Source: Candidatus Poribacteria bacterium (lineage in GTDB: Bacteria; Poribacteria; WGA-4E; PCPOR2b). Taken from it: 64,000 nucleotides of DNA. The stretch lies in assembly GCA_965218095.1 (NCBI GenBank), contig OZ244587.1, forward strand, positions 4,576,001 through 4,640,000, given 5' to 3'. Below, piece by piece: positions 1-8,620 of the stretch (the first letter of the stretch is position 1; each line of letters begins with the position of its first letter). The notes below the pieces were generated by a model, which saw only the letters and a program-made list of their open reading frames with translations, did not search any database and had not been told where the DNA came from. A program made the position numbers and the translations under genes.

Positions 1-273
1 CCATGTCTGAACATCAGGTTTGATATACTGCATCGTATCGTAGATTGCTAGCCCCGCTGATACTGAGCCACCGGGTGTATTTAAATAAAGCACGATGTCG
101 GAATCGTGCTTTTTGCTCTCCAGGAAAAGCATCTGAGCGATGATGCTGTTTGCAGCGGCATCGTCAATCATCGAACCGACCATAATGATCCGATCTTCCA
201 GCAATCGTGAGTAAATATCGTAGGAGCGCTCGCCGCGACTTGTTTGCTCCACAACGATAGGAATAAGATTCAT
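1..273 (-). CDS. clpP: ATP-dependent Clp protease proteolytic subunit (5' part; runs off the window)
   Basis: Manual translation from ATG 273: [30 protein letters not shown], the canonical ClpP N-terminus; lies downstream of tig. Confidence 0.95.
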   Translation of the reverse strand, partial: MNLIPIVVEQTSRGERSYDIYSRLLEDRIIMVGSMIDDAAANSIIAQMLFLESKKHDSDIVLYLNTPGGSVSAGLAIYDTMQYIKPDVQTW

Positions 274-309
274 TCCAAAAATTCTCCTCAAATCAAGATG
301 GGACTTCTG

Positions 310-1626
310 TTATGGAATAATCACAGACTGTTTGGCGGACGCACGTTGAATTAGAAATCGGTAAATTTTATCATTCCGCAGCGTGTCCCGAAACTCCTCT
401 AAACGATTGTTCGCCTTGAGCAGGCTCGCGTATTTTTGAGGGTCTTGATTTTGCTGCTCTGCAATGAGCCGAATTTCTATATCTAACTCATCATCAGTGA
501 CTCTGATATTCTCACGTTCAGCGATGGCATCAAAGATCCATATCTGTTTCGTTTGCTTGATTGCATCTTCACGCAATTCCGCCGGCAAACTTTTCATATC
601 TATTCCCGCTTGCTCAGGAGTTTTTCCTTCACGTCTTAATTGTTGCTGAATATTTTGAATGGTTTGCTGCACATGCTGATCGACAATCGACTCGGGAATC
701 TCAATCGCCGTTTTTTCGATTAACTGTTGAAGGATCTCTTCGCGCTGGCGCTGACGGCGGATTTCCTTCTGTTCCTCGACGAGGTTATTCCAAATTGCGC
801 CATAGAGCTGATCATAATTTTCGTATTCCAAATCTTTTGCGAATTCATCATCAAGGGGCGGAAGCTGTTTCTCCGTAATCACATGTAGCATCACGTTGAA
901 TACAGCATGCTTGCCTGCAAGCTCAGGGTTTTCGTGATTCTGATTGAAGTCCACCTCAACTTGCCTGCTTTCCTCAACACGCATACCAATTAACTCGGCT
1001 TCAATCTCCGGTAAGAGCATCCCTTTTCCAACGTCGATATCTGCATCTTCCTTGCGCCCATCCGTAATTGGTTTGCCGTCCACAAGACATTCCCAGTCAA
1101 TCCTCACTGAGTCGCTGTCCTGGACAGGTCGATCCACCTCAAGTGGAATGTATGTCGCATGTTGTTCCTGCAACCTGCGGATGTACGTCTCCACTTCCTC
1201 ACGTGGGACATTCGGAGGAGATTTATCAATAACTAAATCTTCGTATTCCGGGAGGACAAATTCAGGCTTGACATCAATAGTCGCTTCAAACGCAAGGGGC
1301 TGATCCGCCTCAATTTCCATCTGGTTCATGGAGGGCGAAATCTCCAGATTACCAAGAGGAATCAGTCGCTCAGAAATCAAAGCCTGTTCGTAAGCGGGTG
1401 GGACGAGATTTTGGATGGATTCAGCTTTGATGTGTTCTGCAAATCGCGCTTTAAGGATGCCAGAAGGAACTCTGCCCTTCCGAAAGCCGGGAACTGAGAC
1501 TTTTGTTCGCACAGCCTGACAATTGCGCTCAAGCTCTTCATTGACTTCTTCAGCGGAGATTTCAATACGCAAGCGTACACGACTGTTTCCCAGCTTTCCA
1601 ACTTCAACCTTCAAGTAGACCTCCAA
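310..1626 (-). CDS. tig: Trigger factor (true start may be slightly downstream)
   Basis: VPGFRKGRVP ribosome-binding motif, FKBP-like middle domain, tig-clpP synteny. Confidence 0.95.
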   Translation of the reverse strand: MEVYLKVEVGKLGNSRVRLRIEISAEEVNEELERNCQAVRTKVSVPGFRKGRVPSGILKARFAEHIKAESIQNLVPPAYEQALISERLIPLGNLEISPSMNQMEIEADQPLAFEATIDVKPEFVLPEYEDLVIDKSPPNVPREEVETYIRRLQEQHATYIPLEVDRPVQDSDSVRIDWECLVDGKPITDGRKEDADIDVGKGMLLPEIEAELIGMRVEESRQVEVDFNQNHENPELAGKHAVFNVMLHVITEKQLPPLDDEFAKDLEYENYDQLYGAIWNNLVEEQKEIRRQRQREEILQQLIEKTAIEIPESIVDQHVQQTIQNIQQQLRREGKTPEQAGIDMKSLPAELREDAIKQTKQIWIFDAIAERENIRVTDDELDIEIRLIAEQQNQDPQKYASLLKANNRLEEFRDTLRNDKIYRFLIQRASAKQSVIIP

Positions 1627-1646
1627 ATTATCTCAGAAAAGGCATT

Positions 1647-1733
1647 TGGTGGGCGAGGAGGGACTTGAACCCTCACGGGGAGAACCCCAATAGATCCTAA
1701 ATCTATCTTGTCTACCAATTCCAACACCCGCCC
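1647..1733 (-). tRNA. tRNA-Leu(TAG)
   Basis: Cloverleaf with ATAGA-TT TAG GA-TCTAT anticodon arm, long variable arm, encoded CCA. Confidence 0.93.
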
Positions 1734-1742
1734 ACATAAAAA

Positions 1743-1819
1743 TGGTGCGCCGTGAAGGAATTGAACCTTCAACCGCCTGATTAAGAGTCAGATGCTCTGC
1801 CTGGTTGAGCTAACGGCGC
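1743..1819 (-). tRNA. tRNA-Lys(CTT)
   Basis: GCGCCGTTAGCTCA...CTGACT CTT AATCAG...TTCAA...CACCA. Confidence 0.93.
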
Positions 1820-1829
1820 AGAAGGAAAG

Positions 1830-1903
1830 CGCGTCCGGAGGGACTCGAACCCCCAACTTATAGGACTGAAGTCTATCGCTCTATCCAATTGAACTACGGA
1901 CGC
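1830..1903 (-). tRNA. Arg-type tRNA body with TCA anticodon (opal suppressor-like, or degenerate tRNA-Arg(TCG))
   Basis: GCGTCCGTAGTTCAATTGGATAGAGC...ATAGA-CT TCA GT-CCTAT...GGTTCGAGT; intact acceptor, D and T arms; A31-C39 mismatch. Confidence 0.75.
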
Positions 1904-1981
1904 ATTTCGTAACATTTAAGATTGAATATTGAGGATTGAAAGAGAACACAGTCCATATTCAATAATGCTGTAGACCAATGA

Positions 1982-2057
<76 letters not shown>

Positions 2058-2063
2058 AAGAAA

Positions 2064-2139
2064 GGGGTGGATGATGGGATTTGAACCCACGACCACTTAA
2101 TCCACAGTCAAGCGCTCTACCGACTGAGCTACATCCACC
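2064..2139 (-). tRNA. tRNA-His(GTG)
   Basis: G-1/C73 pattern; TTGACT GTG GATTAA anticodon arm. Confidence 0.92.
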
Positions 2140-2149
2140 ATAAACGAAT

Positions 2150-2226
2150 TGGCACGCCCGGCAGGATTCGAACCTGCGACCTACTGATTAGAAGTCAGTT
2201 GCTCTATCCAACTGAGCTACGGGCGC
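2150..2226 (-). tRNA. tRNA-Arg(TCT)
   Basis: GCGCCCGTAGCTCAGTTGGATAGAGC...ACTGACT TCT AATCAGT...GCCA. Confidence 0.94.
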
Positions 2227-2247
2227 AAACAAAAGGCAATCAGAGAA

Positions 2248-2326
2248 TCAGAGCGAGAAAAATCGAACCGCCGACCTTTCTGATCTCCTAGATCGGAACG
2301 CGCTAACCGGGCTGCGCTACGCCCTG
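2248..2326 (-). pseudogene. tRNA-Pro-like pseudo-tRNA (AGG loop, extended anticodon stem, broken T stem)
   Basis: 5' half nearly identical to tRNA-Pro(TGG); TTCCGAT-CTAGGAG-ATCAGAA arm; T stem GGCGG/TTTCT pairs poorly. Confidence 0.75.
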
Positions 2327-2362
2327 TGGATGTTTTGCCTCTTACTGCCCAAAAGCCCGGAA

Positions 2363-2392
2363 AATATACCACATGAGTATAGGCAGTTGCAA
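2363..2392 (-). promoter_or_regulatory. Putative sigma70 promoter of the tRNA-tig-clpP operon
   Basis: TTGCAA-N18-TATATT with extended TG on the minus strand. Confidence 0.45.
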
Positions 2393-2824
2393 GTCAAAAT
2401 TCAGATTGAGTAAAGAGAGAAGGAAATTGGAAATCAGATATTTGTCTGGCGGTTTGGGGGATTGTCTGCTAAAATAATGATGTGTATCAAAAGAATCACC
2501 CATCATGAAGAAAGACTTGGTAGACCCGACGACTTTTTCCCGGATTTTCAAGTTCAGTTGGAAATTGTTAGAAATGACGCACTGAATCCAATGAAATCGC
2601 TACAGGCATGGGCATATTGGAGACGGGAGTATGAGTCGGAAGTAACTGTTCATGTGATCGCGCAAACTGATAGTTTGCGTTACAAGCATCTGTCAGATTG
2701 CGCGTATTTCACGTTCTGCTTCATTTACGACCTGAACGGTTACAGTCGGAATAATAGAATGCGCCCACGCCCTGAATCAATTACAAAGTTGTCGCCTCAA
2801 CCTGTGTGCTAAAGTCGTCAAAGT

Positions 2825-3244
2825 CTGAATTTCCCACATAGCTTCCACATCAATTTCGGTCGCTGGCGCTCCACAAATGTCGCATGGCAATTGAGGCATC
2901 GTGTTACGCGCTAAAATCGGATTTTCTCTCGCTGGACTCCCTGACGTTCAGCAAATACTTGTCCTTCAAGGTTGGTCGTTGAACCAAAATCGTACTCATA
3001 TTCAAACTTATCTTTGACGCCGAATACCGTTTTTAAGGGAACATTCATGGATTTTGATTCGATGCCCCAAAAATCATCCTCCATGTCGGAAGCTGAATAT
3101 CTGACGCTGTTAATCGTAAACTCGCTGAGATGCTCACAACATTCAAGCCAAATCCTTCTCAAAAAATGATCGAGATCAGAAAGTGTCGCTGTGGATTTCG
3201 CTTCAAGGTGCAGCCAGAACGGCTTATAACTCCAAATTTTCAGA
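2825..3244 (-). pseudogene. pRiA4b ORF-3 / IS1096 TnpR-like protein fragment
   Basis: LSDLDHFLRRIWLECCEHLSEF and YEYDFGSTT motifs; frameshift near 2911 (continues ARNTMPQLPCDICG); 5' end replaced by intron sequence. Confidence 0.7.
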
Positions 3245-3325
3245 GTAAGCATAGGTTGATTCCTTGCGGAATTTTCCCTGCTTCTAAACCGTGCGTGCGA
3301 CTTTCACCGCACACGGCTTGCCCAG
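3245..3325 (-). ncRNA. Group II intron 3' remnant (domains V-VI)
   Basis: AAGCCGTGTGCGGTGAAAGTCGCACGCACGGTTT (3319-3286) matches the 34-nt domain V; followed by a DVI-like stem ending ...CCTATGCTTAC. Confidence 0.85.
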
Positions 3326-4257
3326 TCATAAGTGGCGATTAAATTGAAAATCCATGGGTTTTCCGTTAAAGTAGAGGTAATCCAAACCATAATACCTCAA
3401 AGGAGAAACCAAAGGAGAAACCCATGGACATCCAAATTGCAACCATTTTCTATCTCTGTGACAAGCTCTTAGAAGCACTCAACTCAAAACCACACCCACA
3501 AACGCAGATGTCTGATGCCGAAGTGATGACCACCGGCATCGTCGCTGCGTTGTTCTTCGGGGCAAACTTGCAAACCACTTGTGACTTTCTAAAGACTCAT
3601 GGCTATATACCCAAGATGCTTTCAAAAAGTCGATTAAACCGATGTTCACCACATTGTTCAAAATCTTGGGACGAAGCTATGTGCAACTTAATCAACAGAA
3701 AATCTATGCACTGGATACCATACCAATTGCTGTTTGTTCCGCATTCGTCGGTCAAAAATCTATACCGATAAGGCATATCGAGGCTATCAAGCGTCCAAAC
3801 GTCGGTATTTCTATGGCTTGAAAGTTCATCTGCTAGTGACTGCGAGTCGACACCCTGTTGAATTTTTTGTGACCCCAGCCAGTACAGGGGACGTTGAAGG
3901 GTTACAGTGGTTTGACTTCGACTTGCCACCGGGCTATGGTGACAAAGCATACAATAATTATGAGATAGAAGATATTGTTACATCAGTCGGAGTCGAATTA
4001 AAGCCAGTACGCAAGAAGAATTCCAAGCGGCTGTATCCACCATGGGAGACCTACTTGGCTAATTACCATCGTAAGTCTGTTGAGACGGCTGGCAGTTTGA
4101 TTAACAAACTGCTTTCACGTTCAATCCATGCAGTAACGCGACACGGATTTGAATTGAAAGTGGTCTTGTTTGTATTGGCTAGCAGTATCAATCAGCTCTG
4201 AGTTCACTCACATATTCAGTTCACTCACATATTCGATGAATAGGTCGCAACTTGGGT
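3326..4257 (+). mobile_element. IS982-family element with frameshifted transposase (3424..4201)
   Basis: MSDAEVMT, RYFYGLKVHL, YGDKAY, RKSVETAGS motifs; right end GCAACTTGGGT; left end similar (AAGTGGCGA), boundary approximate. Confidence 0.85.
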
Positions 4258-4589
4258 TATACTAAGAAAAATCACAGGTATTATAGTGATCCATTGGTTC
4301 TCTCTGCGAGCCGGATCAGTTTTCGTCGCCAGATTCTGACAAATCTGACGATCCCAAGGAGGTCTTTACTCCTATCAGTTACGAGCCGGCAATTTCATGG
4401 CTGTCAAACCGATGGTCATCCTTAAATAGGGGCGCTTGAATGAACAATAGAAAAATGTGGGTTCAATTCTCACCCGCAACGAAAGGGGTAGAGGTCGCAT
4501 CTAAGTCAACCTGCAAAATCTCCTATTGGGGAATTCAAGAGATCCTAAGTCGTCCTGTTATCTGTTTTTTTCCAGTTTACACAAACCAA

Positions 4590-4957
4590 TTGTAGACTGG
4601 CCGGCGGAAGTGCAGGGGCGTACCCGGTACTGGATTGGCGTCTATAAGCGTGTCCGTCATCTGCTGATGGGTAACGATTATTGCCTTTTGCCCCAGCCTC
4701 AGTCTGAGGTCGACTGGAACGCCAGGCAGTTTTGCAATGGCGCAGGGGAAGGGCTGGTGTTTGTCTTTCGGTGGACAGTGGCGACCAAGGGCTAGAACCT
4801 GGCGCTACGCGCTCTGGATGCCGGTTACTCATACTGCTTCCAAAACGAAGGAAATGGAGAAGAGACCGTGTATGTGGGCGAGAAGTTGATGGTTCGCGGC
4901 TTTTTGGCGAACCTGACCCCCAATTCAGCGAAACTCTTTTCATACAAGGACGAATAG
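4590..4957 (+). pseudogene. C-terminal fragment of an alpha-galactosidase-like glycoside hydrolase
   Basis: YKRVRHLLMG..LLPQP..W.A.QF..GEGLVFVFR..GLEP resembles a GH36 C-terminal region; frameshifted, no N-terminus. Confidence 0.45.
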
Positions 4958-4996
4958 GACCGGTACACGTTTGCCGGTGATAAGGAGGTAGCAACA

Positions 4997-5947
4997 ATGT
5001 CCTTTGCAGTGACTAACACAACGGGATACTTGACAGAGGAAGCCATCGCATATCTCGAAATGAACGGATGCCGGATAACCAACTGCCAGTTCGATCAGTT
5101 GACCGAAGAAGCATTTTGCGAGGAAATCCGTGGCATAGACGCGGTCATCGCCAGCGGTGAGCAGTATACTGAAAAAGTCTTTCAGGCAGCAGATAAATTG
5201 AAGATCGTGGCGCGAACAGGGGCGGGTTATGAGCGCGTGGACATCGAAGCGGCAGCAAAACATGGCATCTGGGTCACAACGACCCCGGGTGCGACAAGCC
5301 ATGCCGTGTCAGATTTCACCCTTGGCCTGATGCTGAGTCTGTTAAGAAATATCCCGGCGATGGCACAGGAAATGAAGGATGGTCAGTGGAACCAGTTCGC
5401 TGGGAAGGAACTGGCGAGTTTGACCGTAGGAATCGTTGGGGCCGGTTCCATCGGGCGGCAGGTCATCAAAAGGGCAACCGCTTTTGGCGCCAAAGTCCTG
5501 GCCTACGACATTCAACCGGACGACGAATTTGCCGATCAGTGGAATGTCCAATACCTTCCGCTGGATGAACTGATGGCTCAATCTGACATTGTTAGCCTCC
5601 ACGTTTCATTCAATGAGGAAACCCGGGGACTGATAGACCAGCGACGATTGAAGTTGATGAGGAAGGGAGCCTATCTGATAAACACCAGCAGACCCGCCGT
5701 TGTGGACAAGGAAGCCCTTATAAGAGTGCTGAAAGCGAAAGAGATTGCAGGGGCGGCAATAGATGTTCACGCGCCTGATCCTTGTCCGCCGGATGATCCG
5801 CTCGTTCAACTCGATAATGTCATTGCCACACCATGGACGGCATATAAAACGGAGGAGACGATAGCGCGGATGTGCATTATGGCAGCCACTGATGTGGTAA
5901 CGGTTTTGCATGGCGGCGCGCCACAGTTTCCGGTGAATAAGCTGTAG
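4997..5947 (+). CDS. D-isomer-specific 2-hydroxyacid dehydrogenase (phosphoglycerate dehydrogenase-like)
   Basis: VARTGAGYERVD, GIVGAGSIG Rossmann motif, LINTSR, AAIDV; RBS AAGGAGG. Confidence 0.9.
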   Translation: MSFAVTNTTGYLTEEAIAYLEMNGCRITNCQFDQLTEEAFCEEIRGIDAVIASGEQYTEKVFQAADKLKIVARTGAGYERVDIEAAAKHGIWVTTTPGATSHAVSDFTLGLMLSLLRNIPAMAQEMKDGQWNQFAGKELASLTVGIVGAGSIGRQVIKRATAFGAKVLAYDIQPDDEFADQWNVQYLPLDELMAQSDIVSLHVSFNEETRGLIDQRRLKLMRKGAYLINTSRPAVVDKEALIRVLKAKEIAGAAIDVHAPDPCPPDDPLVQLDNVIATPWTAYKTEETIARMCIMAATDVVTVLHGGAPQFPVNKL

Positions 5948-6000
5948 GATAGCTGAAGACGTAGTGGCCTATTTCTTAAACGCGCTTATAAGGTTTAGGC

Positions 6001-6029
6001 TTGCAAGTTTTGTGTAAATTTGATACAAT
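6001..6029 (+). promoter_or_regulatory. sigma70 promoter of the IS1595 transposase (at left IR)
   Basis: TTGCAA-N17-TACAAT. Confidence 0.6.
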
Positions 6030-6068
6030 ATAGGCATCAAACCCTTATGAATAAAGGAGTTGAGATGA

Positions 6069-6950
6069 ATGAACTTGTTTGATGCTGTAGAACGATTTTC
6101 TGACCAAGAGAGTTGTATTAAACACTTAGAAACTATCCGCTGGGGTGGCAAACCTGAGTGTCCATATTGCGAAAGTAAAAAGGTTGCACCGAAGAATGAA
6201 GCTAGCATAATTGGTCGTTGGAATTGCCATACTTGTAAGTCAAGTTTCAATGTGTTACAGGGAACGATATTTCAAGGAACACAGATTCCACTTCAGAAGT
6301 GGTTTATGGCTATCCTGTTAATGAACGATGCGAAGAAAAGCCTATCAAGTTGTCAAATGGCTCGTCATTTGGACTTAACGCAACCCTCAGCTTGGTTCAT
6401 GATGAAACGAATCAGGTCTGAGATGGGTAGAAAGGGCAAGGTTTTACTGAGAGGAATTATTGAATGCGATGAAACCTACGTGGGCGGTAAGCCCCGACGA
6501 CGAAAAGACAAGGACGGGAACTTGCCTCCACCGAGCAAGCGAGGTAGAGGCACGAAGAAAACGCCCGTTATCGGTGCTGTTGAACGGGCTGGGAATGTTG
6601 TGGCGCGTGTGGCTACGAGTTTGAGTCGTAAGGGCGTTTTGGGGTTCATCAAAGGCGTTATTGAGAAGCCGAAGGATTCAGTTCTAATGACAGATGAGTT
6701 CTCATCGTATGAGGCGGTTGATGGGCTCATGCCTCACCATGTCATCAGACACAAGAACTGGCAGTACGTGGACGGTAATACCCACACAAACACGATTGAA
6801 GGGTTCTGGTCGCTGGTGAAACGTGCGTTTCATGGTACACATCACCACTACAAGCATGTTTCGCTCTACATCGCTGAGGCGTGTTACAAGTACAACAACC
6901 GGAAGAACCGGAACATCTTCAAGAAGTTTATCAGGGAATGCTTTGTGTAG
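6069..6950 (+). CDS. IS1595-family (ISXO2-like) DDE transposase
   Basis: CPYC..CHTC zinc ribbon, ECDETYVGG, MTDE, NTIEGFWS. Confidence 0.93.
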   Translation: MNLFDAVERFSDQESCIKHLETIRWGGKPECPYCESKKVAPKNEASIIGRWNCHTCKSSFNVLQGTIFQGTQIPLQKWFMAILLMNDAKKSLSSCQMARHLDLTQPSAWFMMKRIRSEMGRKGKVLLRGIIECDETYVGGKPRRRKDKDGNLPPPSKRGRGTKKTPVIGAVERAGNVVARVATSLSRKGVLGFIKGVIEKPKDSVLMTDEFSSYEAVDGLMPHHVIRHKNWQYVDGNTHTNTIEGFWSLVKRAFHGTHHHYKHVSLYIAEACYKYNNRKNRNIFKKFIRECFV

Positions 6951-6988
6951 GGTGGGAAAACCTCTGGAGACTCCATAGAAGGATTAGA

Positions 6989-7183
6989 TTACACTATTTC
7001 CAACCTTTTGAAAATGGTTGTAATTAGTGTGTAGTCATTTTTAAGTAACTGAATTGCAACTCTTAAATCTTCTACGGTTGCAGTAGAGGTAAATAACCTC
7101 TCTTCAATTCGGTGGGTTTTATCAGCATGTTTTTGTAGATGTTCTTTAACACGTTGAATATCCACCTTCCTTTGTGATGACAT
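6989..7183 (-). CDS. Small helical hypothetical passenger protein (64 aa)
   Basis: Strong RBS AAAGGAGG upstream of ATG; flanked by 14-bp IR. Confidence 0.6.
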   Translation of the reverse strand: MSSQRKVDIQRVKEHLQKHADKTHRIEERLFTSTATVEDLRVAIQLLKNDYTLITTIFKRLEIV

Positions 7184-7230
7184 AACATCTGCCTCCTTTC
7201 TGAGTCATATTTTCAGAGGTTTTCCCATAA

Positions 7231-7354
7231 GGGAGTGTCCGGTGGGAGCCGGACACTCTAGCAACAAAATATCAGGGAGTGCTTTGTGTAGCACCCCCTG
7301 ATATTGCCTAAGAGTTATTGCTTAGGCGTAGCCGTATAAGGACTGCTATACGGC
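7231..7354. repeat. Array of four consecutive hairpins inside IS1595
   Basis: GAGTGTCCGG/CCGGACACTC; AATATCAGGG.GTGCT/AGCAC.CCCTGATATT; GCCTAAG/CTTAGGC; GCCGTATA/TATACGGC. Confidence 0.85.
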
Positions 7355-7372
7355 GTTTGATTACCCTTACGT

Positions 7373-7552
7373 TTAGCGATTTTGAGTACGATAAACGTAA
7401 AGGTTTTGCGTATTTTTATAAACACGATAATCCCTCCTTTCATTGGAATAAGTCGTGATGCAGAGGGTGTTATCAGCAGTTGTCCGTATATGTGGACTTA
7501 CAAGCGTGCCGTCTTTACGCCTGTAAGACTTGATGTATTTGATGCGTGGCAT
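7373..7552 (-). CDS. Small basic passenger protein (59 aa; not in ORF track)
   Basis: Manual translation MPRIKYIKSYRRKDGTLVSPHIRTTADN...; RBS AAAGGAG; Y-R-x-D-G-T-x-V-x-x-H-x-R motif. Confidence 0.6.
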   Translation of the reverse strand: MPRIKYIKSYRRKDGTLVSPHIRTTADNTLCITTYSNERRDYRVYKNTQNLYVYRTQNR

Positions 7553-7617
7553 GGGGGGTCTCCTTTGCCATGTTGTGGCGGTGGGGGTGCTATAACACCC
7601 CCTCGCCTGTTTTATGT

Positions 7618-8058
7618 CTATCTCATGTGCAATCTTCTAGCAACATTTCGGAGGGTTGTTTCGGTTTGCCCAAATCGTTCCTCCATTTGGGCATAACGCC
7701 CCTCTATACTATCTATTGACTTGATGACTGCTACATGAGTTGCAAGGGTAGTTGTCATGTACCTGTCCATTCTCGTTACTGACTGTTGAAAAGAATCAAG
7801 TTTCTTGTCAATATCTTCAACAGGTACGGTTTTCTTCGCAGTTGCATCTCTAGTTTTCAGATTCTCTGCGATGTTGGTAAGCTCTACCCTTCTTAAATTG
7901 ACGACTTCTTCTTTCAGTTGTTTTGCTTCATCTCTGAAGTCTATGAAGGACTTTCTGATACTATACAAATCGTCACTACTGGGAATGTGTTTCCAAATGA
8001 ACTTTCCAGCAGCAATGATAATGAGTATATCCGCTACTACACTAAGAAAATCACTCAT
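7618..8058 (-). CDS. Passenger protein with N-terminal TM helix and coiled coil
   Basis: FLSVVADILIIIAAGKFIW followed by heptad-rich helix; RBS AAAGGA. Confidence 0.65.
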   Translation of the reverse strand: MSDFLSVVADILIIIAAGKFIWKHIPSSDDLYSIRKSFIDFRDEAKQLKEEVVNLRRVELTNIAENLKTRDATAKKTVPVEDIDKKLDSFQQSVTRMDRYMTTTLATHVAVIKSIDSIEGRYAQMEERFGQTETTLRNVARRLHMR

Positions 8059-8142
8059 TGGGGTGTCCTTTACTTTGGCGAGGAAAGGTAAAACAAGCCA
8101 ACGATTTAATAAACTTCAGAATCACAGGCTTGTAACACCCCA

Positions 8143-8171
8143 ATAATATCACATATTCAAAGAATCTGCAA
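8143..8171 (-). promoter_or_regulatory. Inward-facing sigma70 promoter at IS1595 right IR, driving the passenger genes
   Basis: TTGCAG-N17-TATTAT on the minus strand. Confidence 0.55.
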
Positions 8172-8295
8172 GCCAATTATTTATAAATGCGTTTCTTAAA
8201 TTCGTGTCGGGTTTGGAGCACCCCAGACATCAATCGAATTTAAGAAGTGAATCAGTAGACGGTAGCTCATTCACACACAGATAGGAGGACGTTCA

Positions 8296-8620
8296 ATGTC
8301 AACCCAAGCCCCCGGCCATTGGAAACCCGGCGATCCAATCGGCTACATCCGTCCCGAAATCCCTGCGTTCGAGCTGCTGCCCTACCAGGGTGAGCGTTAT
8401 AAGACTATGGCGCCAGACACGCTGGAACTGCAAGACCGGGCAAGGCTGGCTATCTACACCATGACCGAAATCACCGATCCCCTGGCGGACTACTGGGACG
8501 ACGTCGACCATTGGATTCGCAACATGCTCACCGAGGGATAGTTGTTGGCGACGGACTGGATCTATCGGAGGTCAGATGCTGGAACCGAAACCAATCTCAT
8601 ACCAAAGCACCTAAATAAAA
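8296..8620 (+). pseudogene. Internally deleted hypothetical (possibly glycosidase-like) gene
   Basis: Good RBS/ATG; abrupt junction ...DPLADY|WDDVDHWIRN; in-frame TAG 8539. Confidence 0.45.

Larger units (their letters stand above)
5966..8206 (+). mobile_element. IS1595-family element with passenger genes
   Basis: Imperfect ~40-bp IRs 5966-6005 / 8167-8206; transposase plus three minus-strand ORFs; no TSD recognised. Confidence 0.75.

Noticed and set aside
1830-1903. tRNA-Sec (selC)
   Set aside because: Only 74 nt, with a 7-bp acceptor and short variable loop
2462-2812. 116-aa ORF upstream of the tRNA operon
   Set aside because: TTG start, no RBS or motif; probably decayed DNA
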